From assembly GCA_029978085.1 (NCBI GenBank), contig JAPOJV010000003.1, forward strand, positions 1 through 57,196: a stretch of 57,196 bases of DNA. The letters run 5' to 3'. The translations under genes and the position numbers were made by a program. Positions 38,744 through 48,330 of the stretch are shown in pieces; the first letter of the stretch is position 1; each line of letters begins with the position of its first letter. Below the pieces are notes generated by a model that saw nothing but the letters and a program-made list of their open reading frames with translations, ran no database searches and was not told where the DNA came from. The DNA comes from a bacterium (lineage in GTDB: Bacteria > Planctomycetota > Planctomycetia > Pirellulales > UBA1268).

Positions 38744-39294
38744 GGCTGGTCGACGTCCAGGCCGCGGGCGACTCGTTCGTGGCGGACGGCCTCCATGACC
38801 TCGCCGATCAGATCCTGCTGACGGCGAATCTGCGGCACCTGGGCCTGAAACAGCCAGGCGATGGCTGCCGCCAGGCCGATGCCGCCGACGAGATGCGGCG
38901 TCACCCACTCCTGCGTGCCCTTCCGGCCCGACGCCGGATCGGCCGCGCCGCCGAGAGCCACGATCCCGACCACGGCCAGCATGCCGAGGAGCGCGAACGG
39001 AAACGCCCGACGCTTCAGCCGCTTGCTGCGTTCGAGCAGCGACGCATCGAGCCGGTAGGTCTCGACGACCTCGCGGCACCAGCGACTCGTGCCGATGAAG
39101 TAGGTCACCGCCATACTGTTGACGAGCACGACGACGAGCGCCGCGAGCACACCCGACAGCCGGTGGACGGTGCCCCACCTTTGCACCTGCGGATCGACGA
39201 CTCCATGGAGATCGCCGAGCCAGAGCCCAAGGCCGGCGGTGGCCGCCATGAGGGCCACCGCGAACCACGCCGCCCGGGAAAACACCACCGCCAT
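38737..39294 (-). CDS. Hypothetical 4-TM membrane protein
   Basis: Four hydrophobic segments; TYFIGTSRWCREVVETY. Confidence 0.65.
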   Translation of the reverse strand: MAVVFSRAAWFAVALMAATAGLGLWLGDLHGVVDPQVQRWGTVHRLSGVLAALVVVLVNSMAVTYFIGTSRWCREVVETYRLDASLLERSKRLKRRAFPFALLGMLAVVGIVALGGAADPASGRKGTQEWVTPHLVGGIGLAAAIAWLFQAQVPQIRRQQDLIGEVMEAVRHERVARGLDVDQPQ

Positions 39295-39368
39295 GACTGC
39301 CTCTGTTCGTTGCCGCACGTCTGCCAGCGGCGCTGCACCGCCGCCGTCGCCGTTATAGGCTGAGACCG

Positions 39369-40460
39369 ATGAGCCCACCACCGACCAGCCCCGTTTCCGC
39401 CGTGGATCGCCCCGTTCTCCTGCTCACCTGCGGCGACCCGGCCGGCATCGGCCCCGAGATCATCTGGCTCGCCTGGGCGGCCACGCCGGCCCACGCCCGC
39501 GTGCGGCTGCGTGTCGTCGGCGATACCGCCATGCTCGCCGCGACCATCCGCGGGCGGCATGGCCTCCCTCCCCTGCGGATCACGTCGATCCCCGCCGATG
39601 ACCCACGAGCATCGGCCCGCGACGAACTGCTGGTGATCGATCCCTCAACACCGGGAGCCACTGCCGACGCAATCCCGCTGGCCACGATCACGGCTGCTGG
39701 TGGCCGCGCGGCCGCCTCGGCGGTGCTCGGAGCGCATGACCTCGTCGCCCGCGGCCTCGCCCACGCGATCGTCACGGGCCCACTCCACAAGGAGGCGCTG
39801 CACGCGGCTGGCTATGACGTTCCGGGCCACACGGAATTGCTCGCGCGGGCCTGCGGCCTGCCGGATGATGCCGCCTCGATGATGCTCTGGCTGCCAGCGC
39901 AGGCGGACGGCGCGCATGCCGATCGGTCAGCTGGCCTCGGGGTCGTGCACGTCACGCTGCACGAGTCGCTCCGCACCGCGATCGCCCGGCTCTCGACGTC
40001 TGGCATCGTCGCCGCCGGCCGGCGGCTTGCAGCGCTGCTGCCCCCCCTGCTCGGCCGCCCGCCGCGAATCGCCGTGGCCGCGCTCAACCCGCACGGCGGC
40101 GAGGGGGGCCTGTTTGGCGACGAAGAAGGTCGGCTCATCGCGCCGGCCGTGGCCGCCCTGTGTGCCGCGGGCATCGACGCCGCCGGCCCGCTCCCGGCTG
40201 ACACGCTGTTCCTGCGTGCCAGCCGCGGCGAGTTCGACGGCGTGGTGGCGCTCTACCACGACCAAGGCCATATCCCGATCAAGCTGCTCGGCATGCACCG
40301 CGCCGTGAACATCACGCTCGGCCTGCCGCTCGTGCGGACGAGCGTGGCACATGGCACGGGGTTCGACATCGTGGGCACCGGCGCCGCTGATCCGGCGAGC
40401 ATGCTCGCGGCGATCGACGCCGCCGAGCGACTCGTCCACGCCGGCTGGCCGCCGTTGTAG
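39369..40460 (+). CDS. pdxA: 4-hydroxythreonine-4-phosphate dehydrogenase
   Basis: GDPAGIGPE, PGHTE, LNPHGGE, YHDQGHIP.K, RTSVAHGT.FDI. Confidence 0.92.
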   Translation: MSPPPTSPVSAVDRPVLLLTCGDPAGIGPEIIWLAWAATPAHARVRLRVVGDTAMLAATIRGRHGLPPLRITSIPADDPRASARDELLVIDPSTPGATADAIPLATITAAGGRAAASAVLGAHDLVARGLAHAIVTGPLHKEALHAAGYDVPGHTELLARACGLPDDAASMMLWLPAQADGAHADRSAGLGVVHVTLHESLRTAIARLSTSGIVAAGRRLAALLPPLLGRPPRIAVAALNPHGGEGGLFGDEEGRLIAPAVAALCAAGIDAAGPLPADTLFLRASRGEFDGVVALYHDQGHIPIKLLGMHRAVNITLGLPLVRTSVAHGTGFDIVGTGAADPASMLAAIDAAERLVHAGWPPL

Positions 40461-40528
40461 GTGCAGATTGTCAATCTGCACACGGCAGCCAACCGCAGAT
40501 TACCAGCCTGCGGCTACGGGTAGTGCGA

Positions 40529-41551
40529 TCACGGCCGCATCAACTGCAACGATTTGACGTGCTGCTCGGTCACGTCCATCAGGCCCGTGGTGGCGGGCTG
40601 ATAGAAGAACGCCGCCGTATCGACCGGACCACCGAGCTGCGGCTCGTCGATGTCGAGCACCGCGATCGGTTCGGGCTCCGCGCCGCTGGCGACCGGCCGT
40701 GGCCCCGGAATGCCGAGCCACTCCACGCGGCGCAGCAGGAGGTCGCTGCGACCGATCGCCAGTCGAATCCGCCACGGCATGCCGTCAGGAAGCGCGGCCG
40801 CTGGCACGCCGTCGGGCTGCTTCGCCTGTTCGGCCAAATCGGGCATCAGACCGGCGAACCGTTCCGGAACCCAGACGCCCTCGACGACCCACACACTCGC
40901 GCCGCCGAAGTCCGCGGCTGTCGCAGTCGTGAACCGAAATGACTCGCGGAGTAGCCAGAGCATCCGCGGCAGCCCTCCGAGGTAGGGCGAGGAATCGACG
41001 CCCTCCGGAGCCTTGAGCTGTTCGAGCTGGTCGAGCACGCGGCGGACATCGACCCGCTGGAGCATCGCCGTCTCGGGGCCGTTGCGTCGATAGCTCCAGC
41101 AGAACAGGCCGTCGCAGACCTCCAGTTGCTCGAACGATTCCGTGTCACACTTTAAAGTTGACTCGAAGCGAAACCGCCGCTCACTCCCCTGCCCTGCCTG
41201 CACGTAGCGGCCGGCGCCGACGAGCACGCGGTCGCCAATCCGCGCCTTCTGTCTGATGCGGCAGGAAAACGAGTCGGCCCGCGAAATCGCGGCGAGCGCT
41301 CCGGCCACGATCCGTTCCGCCTGAGGGCTGTCAGCGGCATCGGCAGCCGCGACGCCTGCCGCCCTCGGCGGAGCAGGCGCAGTCGTTGCCAGCGCGGCCG
41401 CCGGCCGTCGGCTGTAGACGCTCGCGGCCGGCGGATCTGCCCAGGCCACGCCCCATGCGCTGCCGGCCACGACGAGCACCGCCACAGTCGCGCGCTGCCG
41501 CCACGGCAAACAGGGAGGTCTGCGAAGGGTGAGGCACGTCAGGCGAGGCAC
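40529..41551 (-). CDS. Hypothetical secreted protein (possibly LolA-like)
   Basis: Plausible GTG start at 41551 with a signal peptide; beta-rich pattern with VCDG..W. Start is uncertain. Confidence 0.55.
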   Translation of the reverse strand: MPRLTCLTLRRPPCLPWRQRATVAVLVVAGSAWGVAWADPPAASVYSRRPAAALATTAPAPPRAAGVAAADAADSPQAERIVAGALAAISRADSFSCRIRQKARIGDRVLVGAGRYVQAGQGSERRFRFESTLKCDTESFEQLEVCDGLFCWSYRRNGPETAMLQRVDVRRVLDQLEQLKAPEGVDSSPYLGGLPRMLWLLRESFRFTTATAADFGGASVWVVEGVWVPERFAGLMPDLAEQAKQPDGVPAAALPDGMPWRIRLAIGRSDLLLRRVEWLGIPGPRPVASGAEPEPIAVLDIDEPQLGGPVDTAAFFYQPATTGLMDVTEQHVKSLQLMRP

Positions 41552-41764
41552 GGCTGCGTCGAGTTTGAGGATTTTGCCAAAGAATCGGCCACGGCCGCGT
41601 CGAAATACCACCGTCGGAGCGATCGAATCGCACGCGAGCGGCCGCGGTGACCAGCGGGCCGGGAGTGTACGGAATCGAGACCGGTTCGGCCCACGGCGAA
41701 ACCGCGGGCAAAACCGCCGATCGCGGCCGACGCCAACCCGTTTTCCAGGCCCGGAGGTGATCTG

Positions 41765-43039
41765 ATGCTGAACCGACGTCTGCACGGATTCGTCGGCATG
41801 TCGTTGGTGGCGTCGCTGACAGGCTGCCACATCGCAGCCAACTCACCGCTCAGCGGCCTCGCCCAGATTCGCCCCGTGGCGACCCCGCACACCAACGTTC
41901 TGCCACCGGCAGCGATGCTGCAGCATCCGGGCCCGGGTGTGGAAGGCCCTGGCCCTGGCATCATCACGCCCGCCTCCTACGAGGCCGCGCTCGATGCGTC
42001 GGGCGCCGGTGGTGGCTTTGGCGGTGGCGGCGACGGCGGAGCGATCGGAGCGGCCTTCGCCCCCACGTCGCAGATCGGCTTCATGGGCCCCGACGGCATG
42101 CAGGTGCGTTGGGACATCTCAGCCGCCGGTGGCTTCGACTCGCCGCCGCTCGTGAGCCCCGGTCGCTACGACTTCCCGCAAGGGGGCATCTATCGGCTCA
42201 AGCTCACCGACATCCCGGGCCGTGAGGGGCTCGAACTCTATCCCTCGCTCGAAGTCGCTCCGGTGACGCCGCGGACGGCGGCCTACCTGGCCCACAACGC
42301 GGTGCCGTTCCAACTCACCGAGGAAGACCTCGACCAGGTGACGACCGGCAACTTCGTGACGAAGGTCGTCTACCTGCCCGACGCGGAGTATCAGGAGCTT
42401 GCGGTCGCCGGCGTCGAAACGCTCGTCAGCACCCGGCTCGATCCGGGATGTGATCCGGTGGTCGAGGCCGATCGCCGCGGCTCGATCCTGGCGATCATCC
42501 GCATCGGCAACAAGGACCTCCAGGCACCCGGTTCGGCAGGCACAGGCGGTGGCGGCCTCGCGGCAACGGGCTTCGGTGGCGGGGCCGGCGGCGAGGCCTG
42601 CGGCATCGCGGCGCCCATGGGCATGCCCGCAGGCGGCGATCCGTCGCAGCTGCCGCCGGCGTTCGTCGCCGGAATGACTGCACCCGAATACGGCATGCCG
42701 CGGGTCGGCACGCCGATCGGCCTGCCCGGTCCGGCCCACATCCCGCTCGGCATCCCGGCCGGCCTGCAGCGGCACTCGATCACGAACCACACCAAGATGC
42801 ACATCCCGCCGCCGTCGCGGTCGGTCGGTCTGCACGTGCAGCAGGCCCCGGGACTCAGCTATCCGAAGCCGGCCCGCCATGCCTATGTGGCCGAGCGGCA
42901 TGACGTGCCCCACATCAAGCTCCGGCAGCCGCCCGAAGACCGCACGCGGTTCGTCGGCAACGGCGGCCCCGACCCCGACGCCCTCGGCCCGGGCCTGATC
43001 CTCGGCGGGGCCCCCTGCCCGCCCGAGCCGATGGAGTGA
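41765..43039 (+). CDS. Hypothetical lipoprotein
   Basis: GGAGG RBS; lipobox LTGC; domain PGRYDF..G.IYRLKL..IPG..G.ELYPSLEV. Confidence 0.75.
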   Translation: MLNRRLHGFVGMSLVASLTGCHIAANSPLSGLAQIRPVATPHTNVLPPAAMLQHPGPGVEGPGPGIITPASYEAALDASGAGGGFGGGGDGGAIGAAFAPTSQIGFMGPDGMQVRWDISAAGGFDSPPLVSPGRYDFPQGGIYRLKLTDIPGREGLELYPSLEVAPVTPRTAAYLAHNAVPFQLTEEDLDQVTTGNFVTKVVYLPDAEYQELAVAGVETLVSTRLDPGCDPVVEADRRGSILAIIRIGNKDLQAPGSAGTGGGGLAATGFGGGAGGEACGIAAPMGMPAGGDPSQLPPAFVAGMTAPEYGMPRVGTPIGLPGPAHIPLGIPAGLQRHSITNHTKMHIPPPSRSVGLHVQQAPGLSYPKPARHAYVAERHDVPHIKLRQPPEDRTRFVGNGGPDPDALGPGLILGGAPCPPEPME

Positions 43040-43743
43040 CACCCGTGCCCATCCGCTGGACTCGAAACCACACACCACACCTTTTCCGGACAGGGACCGT
43101 GCTGCTGAACCCATGCTGGCAGCCGGCGATCACTCTGCTCGTGCTCGTGACCTTGGTGGGCATTCCCCGCCAGGCCATCGCAGCCGAGCGACTCGAGCGG
43201 ATCGCCGTGCTTGCAGAACCGGGAGCGATTGGCGCCAGCCATGGGTCTCAGCTCGGTCCCCGTCCGGAATCGGTGTGCCCCGACTTCGTCCAGCCCGTCG
43301 AGATCCGCGGTCCCGAAGGCATGCTCGTCTCGATCGAGACGGCGGCCGGCTGGTCGCCGCTTAGGCCGGCCCCCTACCGCATGGGCCTCGTCGTCGGCGA
43401 AGCCTATCGGGTCCGCATCGGTGGGATCGAGGGCTCTGAGGGACAGGAAGTGTTTCCGTCGGTCCGGGTGCTCGCGAAGCTCGCCACGCCTGCCGGCCAG
43501 GCCTGGCGGTTTCCCGTGGAGATCACGATCGACCCCGACGACCTGCGGCTCGCGCTCGACGGCGCCCACGTGCGGCGGGTCGTCTACTCCGCCTGCGATG
43601 CCGAGCAGCCCGACATCCTGCCGGCAGCCTGGTTCGACGTGAAGCCGGGCCACGACGCCCTGGCCGTGGCGGGCACGCTCGGTGATCCCGTCGCCGAGAT
43701 CGTGATCGGCAACCGTGTGCCCTCGGCGGAAGCGATCCGATGA
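43036..43743 (+). CDS. Hypothetical secreted protein sharing a domain with the upstream gene
   Basis: YRVRIGGIEGSEGQEVFPSVRV...DDL..A..G..V.RVVY aligns with the upstream protein; 4-bp overlap. Start is uncertain. Confidence 0.65.
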   Translation: MTPVPIRWTRNHTPHLFRTGTVLLNPCWQPAITLLVLVTLVGIPRQAIAAERLERIAVLAEPGAIGASHGSQLGPRPESVCPDFVQPVEIRGPEGMLVSIETAAGWSPLRPAPYRMGLVVGEAYRVRIGGIEGSEGQEVFPSVRVLAKLATPAGQAWRFPVEITIDPDDLRLALDGAHVRRVVYSACDAEQPDILPAAWFDVKPGHDALAVAGTLGDPVAEIVIGNRVPSAEAIR

Positions 43744-44879
43744 CACACGACACGGCCGACGGAGCGACGCGGTGGCTGCGGATCCTCGCGATCGCGATCG
43801 GCGCGGTCATCCTCGCATCGTGCCGCAGCCTGCCACCGGCGGCCGCCGTCGCCACATCCGCAGCCGTCGCGACCTGCGAGGAAGTGCCGCAGTGCCCCCC
43901 TGCCCCGTGCGACACGTGTGGCCCCATGGCCTGCGTCTGCCTGCCGCGGCCGGTACCGGTGGTCCGCCCCTGCCTCGTCTGCGACGGCGGCGATCATGGT
44001 GCGCCGGCGAAGCCGGTGGGCGCTGCCGATCTCGCGAACCTCACGGCCGGCGACACCGTCGCGCGGTTTCGCCCCGCCGATGAGGGGCCCGACGCCGACT
44101 GCGTCGACATCGCCGTCGCCAGTTGCGCCTGCGTCTACGCGCCGCGGTTCGCCTCCGTTCGTGAGGTCGTGAGGCCCTTCGAGGATGCACGTCCGGAGGG
44201 GCCCCGTGGGCTCGCGCTGAACGAGCGGGCCGGCGAGGAGTCGGAACGCCTGCCGCCCCTGGAACGCACGCAGCCGGTCGGACCGCAGCTCGCCCGCAAG
44301 ACGCTGCCTGGTGTGGCTCTCGAAGAACGGCTCGGCCCGCTCGCCGTCGATCAGGGAGCGATGCCGCACGAAGACGACGGCGTCGTGCAGCCGGTGGCGC
44401 ACGCACTCGACGACGCACCGGAACTTGCCCGCACGTCGCGGCGACCGCTCGCCGTGGTCGGCTTCGACGTGCCGCTCGCCTGGACCCGCGTACAAGCCGC
44501 CAACGTCCTCTCCGACGGCCGTGAGCCGCGGGTCGTAGCCGCCGACAGGGGCACGGCGACGCTCCGGTTCGAAGAGCCGGGCCGTGCCGAGCTCACACTC
44601 TGCAAACGGGCCGGCAGCGACACCGCGAAGCCGGGTGAGGAGCTCGACTTCACGATCGTGCTGCTCAATTCGGGCGACCGGCCGCTCACCGACATCGTGC
44701 TCGTCGACGCGGTGCCGCAGCGGCTCGACTACATCCCCGGATCGGCGGCCGCGAACCTGCCCGCCGACATCACCACCGAAACGGCCGACGACGGCTCGAC
44801 CGTCGTGAAGTGGCGGTTCACCGCACCGCTCCCGGCCGGTGCCAGCGGCTTCGTGCGGTTCCGCACGATCGTCCGGTAA
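43740..44879 (+). CDS. Cys-rich lipoprotein with C-terminal DUF11 domain
   Basis: Lipobox LASC; Cys-rich N-terminus; AKPGEELDFTI...N.G...LTDIVLVD.VP..L.YIPGS. Confidence 0.8.
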   Translation: MTHDTADGATRWLRILAIAIGAVILASCRSLPPAAAVATSAAVATCEEVPQCPPAPCDTCGPMACVCLPRPVPVVRPCLVCDGGDHGAPAKPVGAADLANLTAGDTVARFRPADEGPDADCVDIAVASCACVYAPRFASVREVVRPFEDARPEGPRGLALNERAGEESERLPPLERTQPVGPQLARKTLPGVALEERLGPLAVDQGAMPHEDDGVVQPVAHALDDAPELARTSRRPLAVVGFDVPLAWTRVQAANVLSDGREPRVVAADRGTATLRFEEPGRAELTLCKRAGSDTAKPGEELDFTIVLLNSGDRPLTDIVLVDAVPQRLDYIPGSAAANLPADITTETADDGSTVVKWRFTAPLPAGASGFVRFRTIVR

Positions 44880-44980
44880 CCGGCCGAAAGTTGCGGCCCG
44901 GTCGCCGACCGGGGTAGCATTTCAGGCTTGTGCCCCCTCCCCTCCCCTGCCCGCACATGGGCGACCTTCCCGAGGCATTC

Positions 44981-46159
44981 ATGTCCCAGCGTTCATCGTT
45001 TCTGTTGGCGGCCGCTCTGGCCGGTGGCCTCGTTGGCGTGTGCATGTTCCAGGGGGGTGCGGCCGCCTTTGCCAAACAGCCCGCGACCGCCGAGGCGCCC
45101 GCGGCCGCCGGCGGCCTCAAGGTGCCACCGCTGCCCGAAGGCACGCCCGCCGAACTGCTCGCCTTCGTGGAAGGACTGCGGCAGCCGACCGTCCGCCCGA
45201 AGTCGCGGGAGGAGATGATGTCGTACATGAAGGACGTCGCCACCGTCACGGTGCAGGCGGCCGACAAGATCCTCGGCCAGGTGCAGCCCGCCGACGCGAC
45301 TGCAGTGCAGGCCGCGAAGCTCAAGCTCGAGAGCCTGATGATGCTGGGCCGGCTCGGCGACGAGAAGGCCGCCGCCGACATGGCCGCCTACGCCAAGACG
45401 CTGGCAGCCAGCCCGAATGCGGAGCTTGCCGCCGAGGCGCAGCGGATGATGGTGGTGGCCGACGCCCAGCAGATGTTCGCGACGGGTGACCTGAAGGCAG
45501 GCCCGGCGATTGTCGAGCGGGCAGCGGCGCTCCTCGCTGCGAACCCCGACGATGCCGAGACGGCCGGTCTGGCAATGCAGTTGTCCGGCGCCTTCGAGAG
45601 CCTGCCCGGCGGCGAGGAACTGGCCGCCGCGTCCATGCAGGCCTTCGGTCCGCTCTTCGCCAAGAGCACCAATCCGCAGATCAAGCAGATGGGCGAGAGC
45701 TTCGCCGGCACGCTGCGGCGGCTGTCCCTGCTGGGCAAGCCGATGGAGATCAAGGGCACGCTGCTCGACGGCACGCCCTTCAATCAGGCCTCGGTCGCCG
45801 GCAAGGTGGTGCTCGTCGACTTCTGGGCCACCTGGTGCGGCCCCTGCGTGGCCGAGATCCCCAACATGATGGAGCAGTACGAGAAGTACCACGCGAAGGG
45901 CTTCGAGATCGTCGGCGTGAGCCTCGATGAAGACCGCGACGCCCTCGTGCAGTTCGTCACGGAGAAGAAGATCCCGTGGCCCGTGCTCTTCGAGAAGCCC
46001 GAGGGGGAAGGCTGGCGGCATCCGCTGGCGACGTTCTACGGCATCACCGGTATTCCGCAGCTGATCCTCATCGGCCGTGACGGCAACGTGATCACGCTCA
46101 ACGCGCGGGGCGAGAAGCTCGGCGAGCAGCTTGCGGAGCTCTTCAAGGACGCGGGCTGA
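44981..46159 (+). CDS. TlpA-like thiol-disulfide oxidoreductase
   Basis: LVDFWATWCGPC, YGITGIP, LIGRDG. Confidence 0.9.
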   Translation: MSQRSSFLLAAALAGGLVGVCMFQGGAAAFAKQPATAEAPAAAGGLKVPPLPEGTPAELLAFVEGLRQPTVRPKSREEMMSYMKDVATVTVQAADKILGQVQPADATAVQAAKLKLESLMMLGRLGDEKAAADMAAYAKTLAASPNAELAAEAQRMMVVADAQQMFATGDLKAGPAIVERAAALLAANPDDAETAGLAMQLSGAFESLPGGEELAAASMQAFGPLFAKSTNPQIKQMGESFAGTLRRLSLLGKPMEIKGTLLDGTPFNQASVAGKVVLVDFWATWCGPCVAEIPNMMEQYEKYHAKGFEIVGVSLDEDRDALVQFVTEKKIPWPVLFEKPEGEGWRHPLATFYGITGIPQLILIGRDGNVITLNARGEKLGEQLAELFKDAG

Positions 46160-46189
46160 GCCCGGCGTCTGGAGACCCGTCGCGTGAGC

Positions 46190-47332
46190 ATGCCGACACC
46201 GCAGCCACAGAAGCCGCCGCGGAGCCCGATCTCCCGGCGGGCCGCGGCCTTCGATTCGTCGGGCATCCGCAAGGCCTTCGACCTCGCGGCCCGGCTCGAG
46301 GATCCGATCAATCTCGCCATCGGCCAGCCCGATTTCGAGATGCCGGAGGCGGCCCGCGCGGCGGCGAAGGAGGCGATCGACGCCGGCAAACACGGCTACA
46401 CGCCCACGCAGGGCATCCCGCAGCTCCGCGAGCGGCTGGAGCAGGACGTCCGCCGCGAGACGGGCCAACCGGGCCGCTCGCTCTGCGTCACCAGCGGCTC
46501 GAGCGGCGCACTCGTGCTCGCGCTCATGGCCCTGGTCGATCCCGGCGACGAGGTGATCCTCTTCGAGCCGGCGTTCGTGATGTATCGGCCACTCGTCGAG
46601 TTTCTCGGCGGCCGGGCCGTGGCGATCGACACGTCGCCTTCGTTCCGGATCGACGTCGATCGCGTGGCGGCGGCGATCACGCCGGCTACGAAGGCGATCC
46701 TGCTCAACACGCCGGCCAATCCGACCGGCTTCGTGGCTGACGCCGACACGGTCCGCGACCTCGCCGCCCTCGCCGAGCGGCACGGCGTGACACTGATCAG
46801 CGACGAGCTCTATCGCTCCTACTGCTACGACGCCCCGTTCGCCTCCCCTGCCCTGCACTCCGACCGCGTGGTGGTGATCGACGGCTTCTCGAAGTCGCAC
46901 GCCATGACCGGCTGGCGGGTGGGCTGGGTGCATGGCCCGAAGGAGATCATCGACGCCTGCACGATGCTCCAGCAATACACGTTCGTCTGCGCCCCGCACG
47001 TGGGCCAGTGGGCGGCGCTCGCCGCCCTCGACGCCCCGATGGATCTGCCGCTCGCCGAGTGTCGTCGCAAGCGGGATCGGCTCATGGCCGGCCTCCGCGG
47101 CCACTACGACTTCGTGCAGCCAGGCGGGGCCTTCTACCTCTACCCGCAGGCCCCGGGGGGCTCGGGCAAGGCCTTCGCCGCCCGCGCCGCCGAGGAGGAG
47201 AAGCTGATCGTGGTGCCCGGCAGCGTGTTCGGCGCCGCCGACACCCACTTCCGCATCGCCTACACCGTCACCGACCGCACGCTCGACCGCGGCATCGCCG
47301 CCCTGTGCCGGCTCGCGGCCACGGCGGGCTAA
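46190..47332 (+). CDS. PLP-dependent aminotransferase class I/II
   Basis: IGQPDF, NTPANPTG, SDELY, GFSKSHAMTGWRVG. Confidence 0.92.
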   Translation: MPTPQPQKPPRSPISRRAAAFDSSGIRKAFDLAARLEDPINLAIGQPDFEMPEAARAAAKEAIDAGKHGYTPTQGIPQLRERLEQDVRRETGQPGRSLCVTSGSSGALVLALMALVDPGDEVILFEPAFVMYRPLVEFLGGRAVAIDTSPSFRIDVDRVAAAITPATKAILLNTPANPTGFVADADTVRDLAALAERHGVTLISDELYRSYCYDAPFASPALHSDRVVVIDGFSKSHAMTGWRVGWVHGPKEIIDACTMLQQYTFVCAPHVGQWAALAALDAPMDLPLAECRRKRDRLMAGLRGHYDFVQPGGAFYLYPQAPGGSGKAFAARAAEEEKLIVVPGSVFGAADTHFRIAYTVTDRTLDRGIAALCRLAATAG

Positions 47333-47350
47333 GACCAGAGCGAGAGCGAG

Positions 47351-48049
47351 ATGCCTGGCCGCACCGTCGCCCGTACCGTCACTGACGTTGCCAAGACGCT
47401 CGACCACGCGGTGCTCAAGCCCGAGTTCACGCGGGCCGACCTGGCCCGGCATGCGGCGATGTGCGTGGAGCGGGGTGTCGGCTGCCTGTGCGTGCGGTCC
47501 AGCGACGTGGCCGAAGCCGTGCGGCTCCTCGCGGGCAGCCCGGTCGTGGTGGCGAGCGTGATCGGCTTCCCGCACGGCGCCTGCCGGCCCGAGGTGAAGG
47601 CCCTGGAGGCCCGGCTGGCGATCGCCGAGGGCGGCCGCGAACTCGACATGGTGATGAACATCGGCCTCTTTCGCTCGGGTGACGAGCCAGCCGTCGAGGC
47701 CGACATTGCGGCGGTGGTGGCCGAGGCCCGACCGCACGGCGTGCTCGTGAAGGTGATCCTCGAGACCTGCTATCTCACGCCCGCCGAGATTGCCGCGGCC
47801 TGCCGGATCGCGGAGCGGGCCAGGGCCGATTTCGTGAAGACCTCGACGGGCTTCGGCATGAGTGCCTCGGGCCCGACCGGTGCCACGCCGGCGGCCGTAC
47901 GGCTCATGCTCGACACCGTCGGCGGCCGGCTGCAGGTGAAGGCCTCGGGGGGCATCCGCACCTGGGACGACGCGGTCATGTATCTCGACATGGGCTGCAC
48001 ACGACTCGGCGTCGGCGACGCCGCCGCCATCCTGGCCGGCGCCCCGTAG
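47351..48049 (+). CDS. deoC: Deoxyribose-phosphate aldolase
   Basis: DHAVLKP, VIGFPHG, ELDMVMN, KVILET, FVKTSTGF, KASGGIR. Confidence 0.95.
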   Translation: MPGRTVARTVTDVAKTLDHAVLKPEFTRADLARHAAMCVERGVGCLCVRSSDVAEAVRLLAGSPVVVASVIGFPHGACRPEVKALEARLAIAEGGRELDMVMNIGLFRSGDEPAVEADIAAVVAEARPHGVLVKVILETCYLTPAEIAAACRIAERARADFVKTSTGFGMSASGPTGATPAAVRLMLDTVGGRLQVKASGGIRTWDDAVMYLDMGCTRLGVGDAAAILAGAP

Positions 48050-48246
48050 GGGTTCCCAGCCGCGCGGGTCGACCTCCTATGGCGTGAGTTCGGGGGTGCC
48101 CACGCCCCGTCGCCGGACGCTCGCTGCGGGCATCCATGCCCTCCGCTCGCTCGCATGCCGCCTTCGCTTCGCCATCCTGGCTGCGCTCGGCGGCATACGC
48201 CGGCTCCCGGGGCATGGGCACCCCCTCACGGCGTTTTGGTTCGCAA
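48046..48246 (-). repeat. ~180-bp multibranched palindromic element, copy 2 (inverted)
   Basis: Reverse-complement match to 35469-35648; its GTAG end overlaps the deoC TAG stop. Confidence 0.85.
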
Positions 48247-48330
48247 ACGGGGGCGTGGGCTGCGGCTCCGTCGTTCGGCCCGCTTCTTGCGACCGTCTAC
48301 AATGCTGCCACGCTTGGAGACCTCCGCGAT

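Noticed and set aside
44897-44918. cccggtc-gcc-gaccggg hairpin resembling a shrunken REP
   Set aside because: It lacks the CAC/GTG core and a correctly oriented foot; may be chance or a simple hairpin.
44993-47737. 914-aa minus-strand ORF (similarly 50748..52700, 37034..38617 and most of 16927..18942)
   Set aside because: Antisense shadows of clear genes, as expected at high GC.
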